Shown: positions 1 to 12,200 of the stretch, piece after piece | How positions within the stretch are numbered: the first letter of the stretch is position 1 | Layout: every line of letters starts with the position of its first letter | Assembly: GCF_018977255.1 (NCBI RefSeq) | Contig: NW_024704749.1 | Coordinates: 8,308,001-8,372,000 of the forward strand | DNA: 64,000 nucleotides | DNA from: Callorhinchus milii | Lineage: Eukaryota | Direction: 5' to 3' | The notes under the pieces: generated by a model | Told to the model about the DNA's origin: nothing | What the model saw: the letters and a program-made list of their open reading frames with translations, nothing else | Databases searched by the model: none | Position numbers and translations under genes: made by a program

Positions 1-2231
1 AATAGGAACCCGGTTGTTAGTCGACTGGCGGATCGCTTTCCGGGGGGCTAACAATCCACCCCCCCACCACCAAAAAAATATATAATTAATAATGTGGTCA
101 CAGGGCTGTGTGTGTTTTTTCCTCTGCCAATCTGAAGCAAAATGTGCTGATGTGAGATGCTGTCAGTTGAGAGCAGGACAGGCTGTAATGAGCGAGCAAG
201 AGCCAGCAGATTGCAGATGATACACAGTCGGGAACCTGCTTCTGACATCGGCCCTAATGATTTGTTTACCTAATGCATTAGTGATCTACCACATGCACTG
301 TCACCAGCCGCTTCTAACACGCTGCCTTGTCACTCTCCCCACCGCAACTGCATCGCAGCTCGCGAAATACGCAGTCACTCCACTTTGCGGTACATCCTGC
401 AAAGCGCTTTGAGACGTCTCGACGACGTATCAAACGCGAGGATTATTATTGTTGCGGTTAGCGCAATTATACAGCGGATGGTGTGTGTTGGTGTTCGTGC
501 TGTGGATCAGGCTCTGAGCTCACAGTCCAGGCTGATGCTCCAGCATAGATAGAGGTAAGAGGTCAGAGCGTCGCATTATCAGACGCATCGACCTTCGACT
601 GGGACGTTAAACCTCGCTCTCCATCTGGGCCCTGTTTGGAGCAGACCCCATTAAAGATCCCGTGGGGCTGTTGGGGGAATTGCCAGCCGACAATCCACCC
701 CCCCGCTCCCCTCCCCTTCCCCCAGATAATCCCAACGCTGTTTAATGCGAGGATTATTCTTATTATTACGATATATTAATATAAACACAGAAGTGGCTGG
801 CCGTCACTCACTGACTCACTGACTCACTCACTCACGCCTGTAGAGTTTAATGCTTTAATTATTGTTTAGTTTAAAACAAGCAAAATCGCAATAAGCTGGA
901 AAAAAAATTCAATTTCATAATCAAAATGGAAGAAAATATCTGCAAGTGACTGAGATTTTATTCTGTCTGACACTCAGACAGCGGTGGGTGGTGGTGGGGG
1001 TGAGGGGGGGGTGGTGCGAGGGGGGTGATTGTGTAGGAACGATCTGCATCGTGCGTCTTACACCTCACCCAAAGCCTTTTGTGTTGTTGCGAACTCTGCG
1101 GCTGTTAACTACCAAAACCCACGTTCTTTTCAATGCAAAAGCCGCTGCCTTCAATTCAACAATGAAACGGTGTCAGTCAGGTTGTGGCTTCACATAGTCA
1201 GGTCTCTCCCTCCCCTCTCACTCCATGCGCAGCGCTGGGGGGGTGGGGGGAGCGGGGGAAAGGGGCGAGTGTGTGTGGTGGCATTGTCTGAGGCGCTGTT
1301 GTTCGGATGGGACTTTAAACCGGTCTGTTGTCCGATTCCAGGAGGATGTTATAATAATAATAATAATCTTTGCGTTTGATACAGCGCCTCATCACGCCTT
1401 TGAGACGTCTCAAAGCTCTTTGCAGGATACACTGTAAAGTGAATTGACTGTAAATTTTGTGGGCGAAACGTGGCAGCCAATTGCGCACAACAATTTTTTT
1501 GTCAGCGCAGCCTTAGTGCAGGGGTACGGGCCGGGGGCTGGGGGTCTGTTCTATCCGAAGGACCCTCCCACCCCCATTCTGTGCGTCTGACAGTGAACGG
1601 CCTCACGGAACAGCTTGTGTACTGCATAAGATATCAGAGCACCTCGAGTTAGGCAGGTTAATTAGATCTGCCCTCGCTAATTGGCTGGATTCCGGTTTAC
1701 AGTCCCGCTGATGGTAATTCTCCCATAATCGGCCGTCAGTCTATCGAGCGCAATGTCTCCCAGCGCACTGTGCTGTGACAATACCTGCCCGACTGTCTGT
1801 GATGCTGACAGTGACTGACAGGCACCTCTCCCGGAGAGCGTTGTGGTGGGTGGGGTGGGGAGGGGGGGGGGGGGGGTGTGATGGGGGTAAAGTGTTTTAA
1901 AAGGCTCCAAGACACGATGTATATCAATCCACCACCGTTTGTGCGACGCTGCCGTGTGAGCAATTGGCTGCCGCCTTTCGCCCACCAATTACACGGGTCG
2001 CGCCACTTTCACGTGAAGCGCTTCGAGACGTCTCGACGAGGTGATAAGGCGTCGTATCGAAGGCCGGCGGGTGTTAAGCCGCGAGCCCCTGACTCGGCTA
2101 CGCTGTACGGCTCGCCAGGCTGCATTTACAATTAATGTTCTTACAAAATCCTCCATTGATTTTCCTCTCAGTTTTCCCACAAAGGCTCGGCTGGTCTGCG
2201 CTCACTGTCTCCATTGCCCACTCCCGGGGAG

Positions 2232-2830
2232 TGGGAGGGGAAGGACTGGGAGGGAGTGGTGGGGAGGACGGGGAGAGAGTGGTGGGGGAGGACGGGGAGA
2301 GAGTGGTGGGGGAGGACGGGGAGGGAGTGGTGGGGGGTAGGACGGGGAGAGAGTGGTGGGAGAGTAATGGGAGGGAGTGGTGGGGGAGGACGGGGAGAGA
2401 GTGGTGGGGGAGGACGGGGAGGGAGTGGTGGGGGTAGGACGGGGAGAGAGTGGTGGGAGAGTAATGGGAGGGAGTGGTGGGGGAGGACGGGGAGGGGTTG
2501 GTGGGGGAGGACGGGGAGAGAGTGGTGGGGGAGGACGGGGGGGGAGTGGTGGGGGGTAGGACGGGGAGAGAGTGGTGGGAGAGTAATGGGAGGGAGTGGT
2601 GGGGGAGGACGGGGAGAGAGTGGTGGGGAGGACGGGGAGAGAGTGGTGGGGGAGGACGGGGAGGGATAGGACGGGGAAGGAGTGGTGGGTGAGGACGGGG
2701 AGGGAGTGGGTGGAGGTGAGGAGGGGGAGGGAGTGGGTGGAGGAGGAGGACGGGGAGGGAGTGGGTGGAGGGGGAGGGAGTGGGTGGAGGAGGAGGACGG
2801 GGAGGGAGTGGTGGGTGAGGACGGGGAGTT
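2232..2830. repeat. G-rich minisatellite, about 23-bp unit GGGGAGGACGGGGAGRGAGTGGT
   Basis: Directly visible tandem units, with a recurring variant (agagtaatgggagggagt). Confidence 0.92.
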
Positions 2831-3107
2831 TCAGCGTTTCCGGGGAATGTAAAGACATCAATAAACAGGAAGCTTGCGGACTCGCTGGGAATGGGAATGG
2901 ACCAGACTATTCCCTGGTCAGTCAGACAGCTTCCCAGGGACGGAAGGTGTGTTTCCTTCACTCGCTGCTTGAGGCACCGCAGATTAATGACATGAACCAG
3001 CCTCTCGCTCGCTCCCTGGGGCTCGCTCCTGCGTGAAATTAAAATAAAAACCCTGGTCGCAAGCTCCCCCTGTGACAGGCACTGAGCAACTGTGAGGATT
3101 ATTGGGT

Positions 3108-3337
3108 ACACTCACTCACTCACTCACAGTCATTCACACACGCAGTCGCACACTCTCACACGCACTCACACGCATTCACACACGCAAACACACTCACTCA
3201 CACTCATTCACACACTCTCACACGCACTCACGCACTCACACACACACTCACACGCCCACACGCACTCACTCATAATAGACACTCACACACACACACACAC
3301 ACGTACCCACACACACTTGCGCACACACTCTCTCTGT
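3108..3337. repeat. Degenerate (CA)/(CACT) microsatellite tract, followed by N-gap 3338-3519
   Basis: Visible. Confidence 0.9.
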
Positions 3338-4099
3338 NNNNNNNNNNNNNNNNNNNNNNNNNNNNNNNNNNNNNNNNNNNNNNNNNNNNNNNNNNNNNNN
3401 NNNNNNNNNNNNNNNNNNNNNNNNNNNNNNNNNNNNNNNNNNNNNNNNNNNNNNNNNNNNNNNNNNNNNNNNNNNNNNNNNNNNNNNNNNNNNNNNNNNN
3501 NNNNNNNNNNNNNNNNNNNTTTTTACCCGATTAATATTCCACAATTAGCAGCTCGCACAGCGCTCAGCGGTGTCTGGTGAATGCTGAAAAGGTCACGGAG
3601 CATAAATTCTAGCCAGTGGTTACAGCTCAGTGTTCCCGCTAATCCTCGACCCTCTCCCGCCCAGATCATCCCCGGAAAACACCAACCGGGAATCAGCAGA
3701 CGGGCGTAGGCATAGCTTGTTATTGTCAAGTGTAGTGACTGTGCTTTCTGTCCTTTTTGTTGTGTGGAGGGTGGGGGAGGGAAGGGGGAGAGAAAGGGAG
3801 GTGTCGGGCACTTTTCGAGCGCAGACAAGTCCTGCAAGCAGCTGTGAAGTGAACGAGTGATTTTTATCCGTGGGGGAGAGGGGTCGGAGCGAGAAGGGGT
3901 TGAGGAGGGAGGGAAGGATTGCCAGGCAGGTCACCGGGAGAGAGAGAGAGGGGGAGAGAGAAATTCCCCCCTCGATTTGTGAACAATGTCGAGGGATCTT
4001 TAATGTCCACCCGACCAGGGCACAGATGGGGAACTCGGTTTAACATCATATCCGAGGGAGGAGGGAGTGGGGGGGAGTTGGGGAACATGATGTTGGTGT

Positions 4100-4655
4100 A
4101 TGTGTGTGTGTGAGGGAGGGAGGGAGAGTGTNNNNNNNNNNNNNNNNNNNNNNNNNNNNNNNNNNNNNNNNNNNNNNNNNNNNNNNNNNNNNNNNNNNNN
4201 NNNNNNNNNNNNNNNNNNNNNNNNNNNNNNNNNNNNNNNNNNNNNNNNNNNNNNNNNNNNNNNNNNNNNNNNNNNNNNNNNNNNNNNNNNNNNNNNNNNN
4301 NGTGTGAGGGAGAGAGCGTGTGAGTGTGCAGACAGGTGTGTGTGTGTGTGTGAGAGCGTGTGAGCGTGCAGTCAGGTGTGTGTGTGTGTGTGAGAGTGTG
4401 CAGTCAGGTGCGTGTGTGAGAGCGTGTGANNNNNNNNNNNNNNNNNNNNNNNNNNNNNNNNNNNNNNNNNNNNNNNNNNNNNNNNNNNNNNNNNNNNNNN
4501 NNNNNNNNNNNNNNNNNNNNNNNNNNNNNNNNNNNNNNNNNNNNNNNNNNNNNNNNNNNNNNNNNNNNNNNNNNNNNNNNNNNNNNNNNNNGTGTGAGAG
4601 CGTGTGAGCGTGCAGTCAGGTGTGCGTGTGTGTGAGAGCGTGCAGTCAGGTGTGT
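4100..4655. repeat. (GT)-rich minisatellite interrupted by N-gaps 4132-4301 and 4430-4591
   Basis: gtgtgagagcgtgtgagcgtgcagtcaggtgt units on both sides of the gaps. Confidence 0.8.
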
Positions 4656-5040
4656 GGGGTGGTGGGGAGTGAGTGGGAGTACAATAGGAGCGGTAGGGAA
4701 GGAGGTGTTGCCTAGCGACACGGGAGTGATGTGAAGGAGCCTGTGGGTGTCGCACGCGCTTGTCGGGGATTTAACCCTTCAAGGGGTGTGTGTGGGGGGG
4801 GGGGGGGGGGCGGGGAAGTTTCGCATCTCCATCACTCGGGTTGTGAGGCTGAACCCCGGGGGGAAAGGGCGGTGATGGGGGAAAGGGGTTGCGCTGGGTG
4901 GGTGGGGGGGAATTAGTGGGTGGGTTGGCGCTGTGCCACACACTCGACGGGGGCCTTGGTGCTGCGGAACATTTGTACGGAAAGAGTCAACAGCACAGCA
5001 CTGCCCGAAGGTGGTGATCTAAACGTACCCCCACTCCCTC

Positions 5041-5075
<35 letters not shown>

Positions 5076-5274
5076 CGAGATGTTAATAAAAATCATTAGT
5101 TTTTTTTGTTTGAAGCCTGACTGTAATCTCCTGGTCTTCCGCTGTTGGGAGCTTTGAGATCAGTCAAAGTTCCCCCCCCCCCCCCCACACCCAACACACT
5201 TCCCCCCCCACCCCCCAACACTCCAACACAAGCTGAGACAGGTGTCAGCGCATGGACATTCCACACCGATAATA

Positions 5275-5570
5275 ATATTAATAACAATAATAATCCTTGC
5301 ATTCGATACAGCGCCCTATCACGGCTTTGAAACGTCTCAAAGCCCTTCACAGAGTATACTGCAAAGTGTAGTGACTGTGCATTTTTGGGTGTGAAACACG
5401 GCGGGCGTGTTGCGCAGAGCGGCAAAGAAATTGTTTTGGAGGGATTATTACCCCCCCTCCCCCCCCCCCTCACCGAAAGCGATCCGCTAATCAAATGACA
5501 ACCGGGCTCCGACTTATTGCTCGGTAAACAGAGGCGTGTGCGCGTGGAGTAGGGAAACTTGCCTAAGGTT
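5275..5570 (-). mobile_element. SINE copy, same superfamily
   Basis: aataatccttgcattcgatacagcgc tail through to ggaaacttgcctaaggtt body. Confidence 0.75.
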
Positions 5571-5687
5571 GTACCTGTTACCGGCTGAGCGGAGGGAGCG
5601 GGCAAGTTGGGACGGTGTTAAGAGGTAAGGGAGTAGCAAGGCCATGGAGGGCTTTAAAAGTGAGGACGTGCAATTTCCAGGCAGGTC

Positions 5688-5943
5688 AGGGCGAAACCTT
5701 GGGCAAGTTTCCTTACTCCACACAGAGCCTAATAATAATCCCTCCAAAACAAAAACAATAATAAATTGGTCATTTTCAATCCACGACTGTTTGTGGGACA
5801 TTGCTGTGCGCAATTGGCTGCCGCGTTCGCCCACAAATATACAGTCAATTCACTTTACAGTATATTCTGTGAAGCGCTTTGGGACGTCCTCCCGACGTGA
5901 AAAGCGCTATATCAAATGCAAGGATTATTATTATTATTATTAA
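5688..5943 (+). mobile_element. SINE copy lacking the tRNA head, next to an L2 fragment
   Basis: Near-identical to the body and tail of the 23403-23732 element; ends in (TTA)n. Confidence 0.85.
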
Positions 5944-6616
5944 TAGGGCGAAGGGTCTTTAGCTCAGAGCAAATATTAATCGTAGTGGGGGGAAATCTGT
6001 CGGATCAGCGGTTTGAAATATTCCTGCTGGAGACATGGACAGATGGGTCTGGTGAAGAGGAATCAATATTTCACTACCAGGAACAGGAGCTATTATTAGA
6101 CGGGTGAGTTGAAAGGTCTCACTTTGCCAAAGCGGCTAATGGAAAGGCAGTGAGTCTCACATCCCACAAGAACGTCTATTAAAGGAAAAAAAAACAAGCA
6201 ATTAAACAGATGCTGAATGTTATCCCGGGAGCCAGTTAATGGGGTTTGGATTTCATGTGGATTTCAGTTCAAACGCTCCACCTGGGACCGTGAGAGGGGT
6301 GTAATAAATTGTTTTTTTTTTTTTTACATACATGACTTTTCACGGGTAATATCGACAAATGTTTTTAAACGTAATTTTTTTTAACAATGATAACTTGCAC
6401 TAAACCTGACCCTCTTTGCACATCATCATAATAATAATCCTTGCATTTGATACAGTTCCTTATCACGTCACCGAGACGTTTCAAAGCGCTTCACAGGATA
6501 TATTGTAAAGTGGGGTGACCGGGTGTTTTGTGGGCGAAAGAGGACTCTCGTGGCGACGGTAATAATCTAGGAACGTGTTTAAACACTGATGTGACGTTAG
6601 GTGACAACTGATCAAC

Positions 6617-6618
6617 TG

Positions 6619-6654
<36 letters not shown>
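6617..6654. repeat. (ATCA)n tetranucleotide microsatellite
   Basis: Visible. Confidence 0.9.
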
Positions 6655-7622
6655 GGTTGCTCCATCGCTCCTGCTCACTTTTACACACAGACATCTCTCT
6701 CGCGCTCTCACATCACCAGTCTCCTCCTCCTTTCTGTCTAATTGATTTTGTTCCCCCCCCACCCCACCAAGTGAGGCTCTGACTGTGACCGGACAGTGTG
6801 TCCGTGTGTAATTAACGCTGAGATCATCCGCCTCAAGAAGCTCAGCTTCCTTTACTGGACAGAGACGCGGGGTAATTGACTTGAGGTGTTAGGCTGGGAG
6901 CGGAGCATTGATTGACCGACGGCACAGGCTGACAGTCCAGTTACCCCCTCACCCCCATCGCCCCCCCCTCCCCCTGTACCCACCCACCTCTACAGCTCCC
7001 ATCAATCATCGCAACAAGCTCCACGGTAACGCCCCTGGCACATGTAGTGACTGTCGTTGCTATCAAAAACGCGACGGCTGTGTTTGAGCCCAGGAAGGTC
7101 CCACAAACAGTCACCGTGCAGACGAGTGCTTACCCGTGAGGACCGGCGGCCAGACCCACAAAATCCACAGTCACTACGCTCGGCAGTAAGGGGCTCCCTT
7201 TCAACTGATTTTGCACGTCAATACAGCTCGCAGCGAGCGCTCGAGGGGGCAGAACAACACCGGAGGTGCAACGGAATCTGTGGAGAAGAGAATTCCACTT
7301 TCCAATCGAAAATTCCCTTCCCGAGGGTGAAGAATCGGGGTATTCACCCCAGTGTTCCCGGCCCGGCCACACATAACACTCCCCGCAGCCCGGGAGCTGT
7401 GCCAGTCTGCTGACATCTCCGCCAACTCAGCAATGGCTGTGTTGCCCATCGGCCCTCTGGCCACAACAAGGGGCTCAGAGGGCACTGACACAGGTTACAA
7501 CTGAACCGGGGGAGAGAAATCAGGCCAGGACACAGAGAGAGAGAGAGAGAGAGAGATGGGGGGGGGGAAACAGAGGAGTGTGGAGCAAAAACACAGAAGA
7601 GGGAATACAAGAGAGAAAACAC

Positions 7623-7653
<31 letters not shown>

Positions 7654-8009
7654 CCCGCAATATAAAATTTTATTTTTTTCTCTCCAAAGGAACACGTACA
7701 GCACAGAACAGATTCACATTTAAAATGCTGGAAACTCTCGATGCCTTGTTACAGCTGAGCCGGCACTGGGCGGGGCGGGCGCGAAGCGGGGGCACACGGA
7801 AACGCACTGGGCAACGTCACTCAGAGTGAGGGTGGGGGGGGGGGTAGGGTGGGGTGCTTTGGAGAAGCCCAGTGTGAAGCTATGCTACGCTGAGCTGAGT
7901 CGGGGGCGTAGTGCATTATAGGACAAAAAAGTGCGAGACAACAGGCCAGAAATTACTCACGGCCTTAGCCTTAGCCCCACTGCCTTAACCATGGTCAAGT
8001 TCATTTGAA

Positions 8010-8312
8010 TGTATGTTTTGTGGGCGAAACTCGGCAGCCAATTGCACACAAACAGCTGCTGATTGAGTGAACCTTTTTGTTTGGGGTGGGGGGGGGGGGC
8101 GCGGGGGGTGATTATTACCCCCGGGAAGCGATCCACCAATCGTCTGACAACCAGGTTCCTTCTTACTGCTCGGTAAACAGAGGCGTGTGTCTGTGTGTGT
8201 GTGTGTGTGTGTGGAATAAGGAAACTTGCCGAGAGGTTTCGCCCTGGGAATCGAACCCGGGTCCTCTCGCCTGTGAGGCTAAAGCGCTAACCACTACGCT
8301 ACGGGGACTCCC
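8010..8312 (-). mobile_element. SINE 5' part with tRNA-like head (CAC anticodon-like loop)
   Basis: Minus strand GAGTCCCCGTAGCGTAGTGGTTAGCGC...GGGTTCGATTCCC runs into the family body GGCAAGTTTCCTTATTCCACAC. Confidence 0.8.
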
Positions 8313-9256
8313 GTATGTTTTGGGAGGCGAGACGTGAAGGCAGCGGTCCTCAGGCTGAGTGGCAGGAGAATTTGGTGGCCTCGGATAGCTTTAAGACATA
8401 TCCCCTTTCAATAGAGTCACAGCAGCTAAAAGTCGGGTGGGTGGGGGCGGTGGGGGGGAAGGTTAGGATGCACACAATGATAGCCGTCAATTAAATAGAT
8501 CAAGCGGATAGAAAGCTGGAGCCCACGACACAATAAATAACACCGATCATTAAATAATCTCTCAATTTAACCCCAGCGCCCACCCCCACCACCCACACCC
8601 CCCCCCCCCACCCCCGACCGACCCGAGTAAGATACACCCAGCAAAACAAGCACAAGCCACATGCAGGGAGTTACTATGTAGTTCCACTGAGCTTAACACG
8701 GAGAAAGATTCCTGTTACAGGAACCACACACGGTGAAAACTAGGGCACAGCTTATAGAGACATCGTAATAAGCCAACTCCCTCCCCCCCTCTCTCTCTCT
8801 CTCTCTCCCCCACCCCCTACTCTCTCTTGCCCCTCTTTCTCTCCCTTCTCCCCGTCACTTAAAAACACACAGAACGGTTGAAACGTGCCGAGAATTAATT
8901 TAACAATACAAAGTCAAATGAAAATTATACAACGGTACTCCTCGATTTAATATATATCAGTATCTCTTATTCTCTCTCTGTCTCTCTCACGCTCTCTCTC
9001 TCTCTCTCTCTGTGTGTCTCTCTCACGCTCTCTCTCTCTCTCTCTCTCTCTCTCTACAAAGGGGAACGATTGCCAGGACGAGTTCCTGTAGGGAGACCTC
9101 ACTACTGCTAGGCTGGCTTTCTGAGGACAAGGTTGTGATCGGCCGGATGAGTTGAGCGGGTGGTTAGCGAGGGAATAAATGCTGCCCGGTGCGGGAACGC
9201 TGGCCTGTTAAACCCAGACAGCGCTCTCCGGGCTGGCTTTCCTTATGGAAGGACGG

Positions 9257-12200
9257 TCAGAAGTTCTGGAGCTCAGGAATGTTGCGGTACAGGTCCAGGG
9301 ATTGTGGGTTGGAGAAGGAATTCCGCGGCAACAACTCTACCCCCGCGATGATCTGCTTCACGGCCACCTCCACCTTCTTCCCGCTGATGGTGTACTGGGG
9401 AGCGACGGGGAGAAGGGGGTGGGGGGGCATCAGAGAGGGGGCGATCACAGGGCGTCCGGCACAGACACGAGCCCCCACCCACCCCTCCTCACACCCCACC
9501 CCCAGTGCACCAACTCCCTGCGCATACACACCGCAGCCCCCCAGACACCCCCCGCCCCACCACACACACCAAACGCTCCCCCCACACAAACACACTCTCC
9601 CACCAACCCCCCCCACACACACATACACCTCCCCCACACACCCAACCACCGTCATATCACTTCCCCCCCCCCCCCCCCCACACACACGCCACATTCCCCC
9701 CCCGCCCCACCTCAGCCCAACCACAACAAGAACAACAAGGACACTCACCGGGATGTCTTTGGTCTCCAGCACCAGGGCGGGCATGTGCCTGGCGGAGAGG
9801 CCGGCACGGATGGCCCTCTGTATCCTGCCCACCAGCTCGGGGCTGAAGGGCTGCTCGCTGGCCATCTTCAGGAAGAGAATGACCCTCTCCTCCCCGTGCT
9901 GGTTGTACTGCGGCACACACAGGCTGTCCGCCACCTCCTCGAACGCCTCCACTGCAGCACAGGCACCCGGGCTCCGTCAGCACAGGGAGTGAGGCTGGGC
10001 AGCCCACCCCCTCACTCACACACACACACACACACACACAGCGTTCTCGCACCCCCCCGGCAATCCAGGAGTCCTATCCCCTCCCCCCCACCCCACACCA
10101 CGTTGCTTAACACTTACCGATGTGGTAGATTTCAGAGCTGCCGAACCGCACTCCGTTTGGATTCAGCGTTCCATCGCTGTGTGGGGTCGCGGGGGCGAGG
10201 GGGTGAGAGAGAGGGGGCAGAAGAAGAAGATAATTATAATCCTTGCAATTTGATACGTACGGCGCATTATCGCGTCGTTGAGACAGCTCAAAGCGCTTCA
10301 CGGGAATGCACCATAAATAATAATAATAATAATCCTTGCATTTGATGTAGCGCTTTTCACGTCTTCTAGACGTCTCGCAGCAGCGACTGCGTATTGGAGG
10401 ATATTCGACCAGAGCATTGGGGAGGGAGGGAGGGAGTTCTTTCTTTTTGTTTCAAATAGGGTCGCAGGAGATCTTTAACGTCCACCTTAACGTCTTATCC
10501 GAGATAGGAGTGCTCAGACGGAATGACAGGGAAACGGCGGTGAGAGCGAAGCGTATATCTCCCACCCCCACCCCTCCCCTCCCCCCCACCCTGGCAGAGC
10601 TCAGCGACGTACCTCCTGCCCAGCATCATGATGCCCCCCGTCTTGGGGTTGATTTTACAGTAGTCGCCGTGAGCCCAAACACCTGCAGGTCAAGGTCAGT
10701 CGAGATCAGTCATTATTCTCGTGTGACTGACCCCCCCCCCACCCACCCACCACCCGTGTATGTGACTGACCCCTTTCCCCTCGCACCTCCCACCGCCACG
10801 TGATGCAGCTGAGACCGTGGCCACTGGTCTTTATTCTTTATGCCCGTCTTTTCAACCGCAATTTTGGAAAGCCCCCCACACCCCCACCCCGTATGTGTGT
10901 GACCGACCCCGACCATCCACCCCCTCGCCGTACCTGGGAAGCGGGAGAAGTATGCCTTGTGATACTTGCTGCCGCTCTCATCGTTCCAGAAGTGTGTGGG
11001 CTGGCAAGGCATGGGCTTGGTACACACCAGCTCCCCGCTCTCTCCCCACAGCGGCTTCCCTACACACACACACACACAGACACAGGCGCGCACGAGTACA
11101 CGTACACACAGCCACCACACGCGCACAACATACACACACAGCCACCACAGAAAACAGAGACACACACACACAGAGAGACACACAGAGTCAATGTCACGTT
11201 CCATCCCCTGCGGATACTCATTCTCTAATATTATTCCCAGGAAGCGCCCGCCTTGACGTGGCTGGTACAGCGCTGACATTACAGCTACACAATAATCCCC
11301 CACAGTTGAACCTCCAGATACGCAGACAGGTAATAATAATAATCCTTACATTTGATACAGTGCCTTATCCGGTGGTTAAGACGTCTCAAAAGGCTTCATA
11401 GAATATCCTGTAAAACTAATCGACTGTGTCTATTGTGGGCAAAACGTGGCAGCCAACTGCGTGCAGCAGTGTCCCAATTATTATTATTTTATAATTATTA
11501 TAATTTTTTTTCGGAGGATTTATTACCCCAGAAAAGTCCCAGCGAGGCGAGGGAGCAAGAGGGGGAGGGAGGGAGGGGGAGAGAGAGAGAGGAGAGAGGG
11601 ACCGGAGAATGGGAATGAGACAGGAGGAGGAGGAGGAGGAGTAGGCTCGCTGACTGACCTTCGTCACTCCAGGCCTCCACAGCCATGCCGAGGTTTCGGG
11701 CCTGGATTTCTCCTCTGTGCACCGGCACCGTGAAGTTGTGGCCCATGAAGCAGGAGATGATGTCTGTGCCGCCTGCAGGGAAACAGCAAGTGTCATGTGT
11801 GTCCCTCAGCCCCCACTCCCTCTCTCCCCCCTCCCCCTCCTCTTCTCTGGCACCACTCTCTCTCAGGCTCAATCCCACATGAAATCGCCCGCTATTTGCA
11901 CATCCTTGATTCCCCCCACCCCCCCACTCCCCCACCCCACCTGCAGCGGTCGGCCTTCAGCCTCTTTGCCCCCATCCTTTGGAACTCCAACCTGCCTCGC
12001 CCCCTCCCCTTCCCACCTTCAAGCCACGTCACAAGACCTTCCTCTTTGTCCGCGCCTTCAGTCACCCTCCCACCCAGACCCTCCTGACCCCGAACTCCAG
12101 TTCGGGTCCAAAAATCCCTGACCGTCCAGTCCAGCGCCTTGGGACGTCCTCCCGACGTAGTTTGTTGTTGCAGTCGTTAGTTAAGGCGTCGCTAAAGCCG

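Noticed and set aside
2098-3111. 337-aa Pro/His/Ser-rich ORF and overlapping ORFs
   Set aside because: Translation of a stop-free minisatellite that is open in several frames; no domain or splice context.
7130-7491. 80-aa and 96-aa minus ORFs as a TMEM132B coding exon
   Set aside because: No signal peptide or recognisable TMEM132 sequence; the only suggestive frame (WILWVWPPVLT) has upstream stops and no ATG.
9189-10345. 267-aa and 366-aa plus-strand ORFs
   Set aside because: Antisense to AACS exons 16-18 and C-rich low-complexity introns; no recognisable product.
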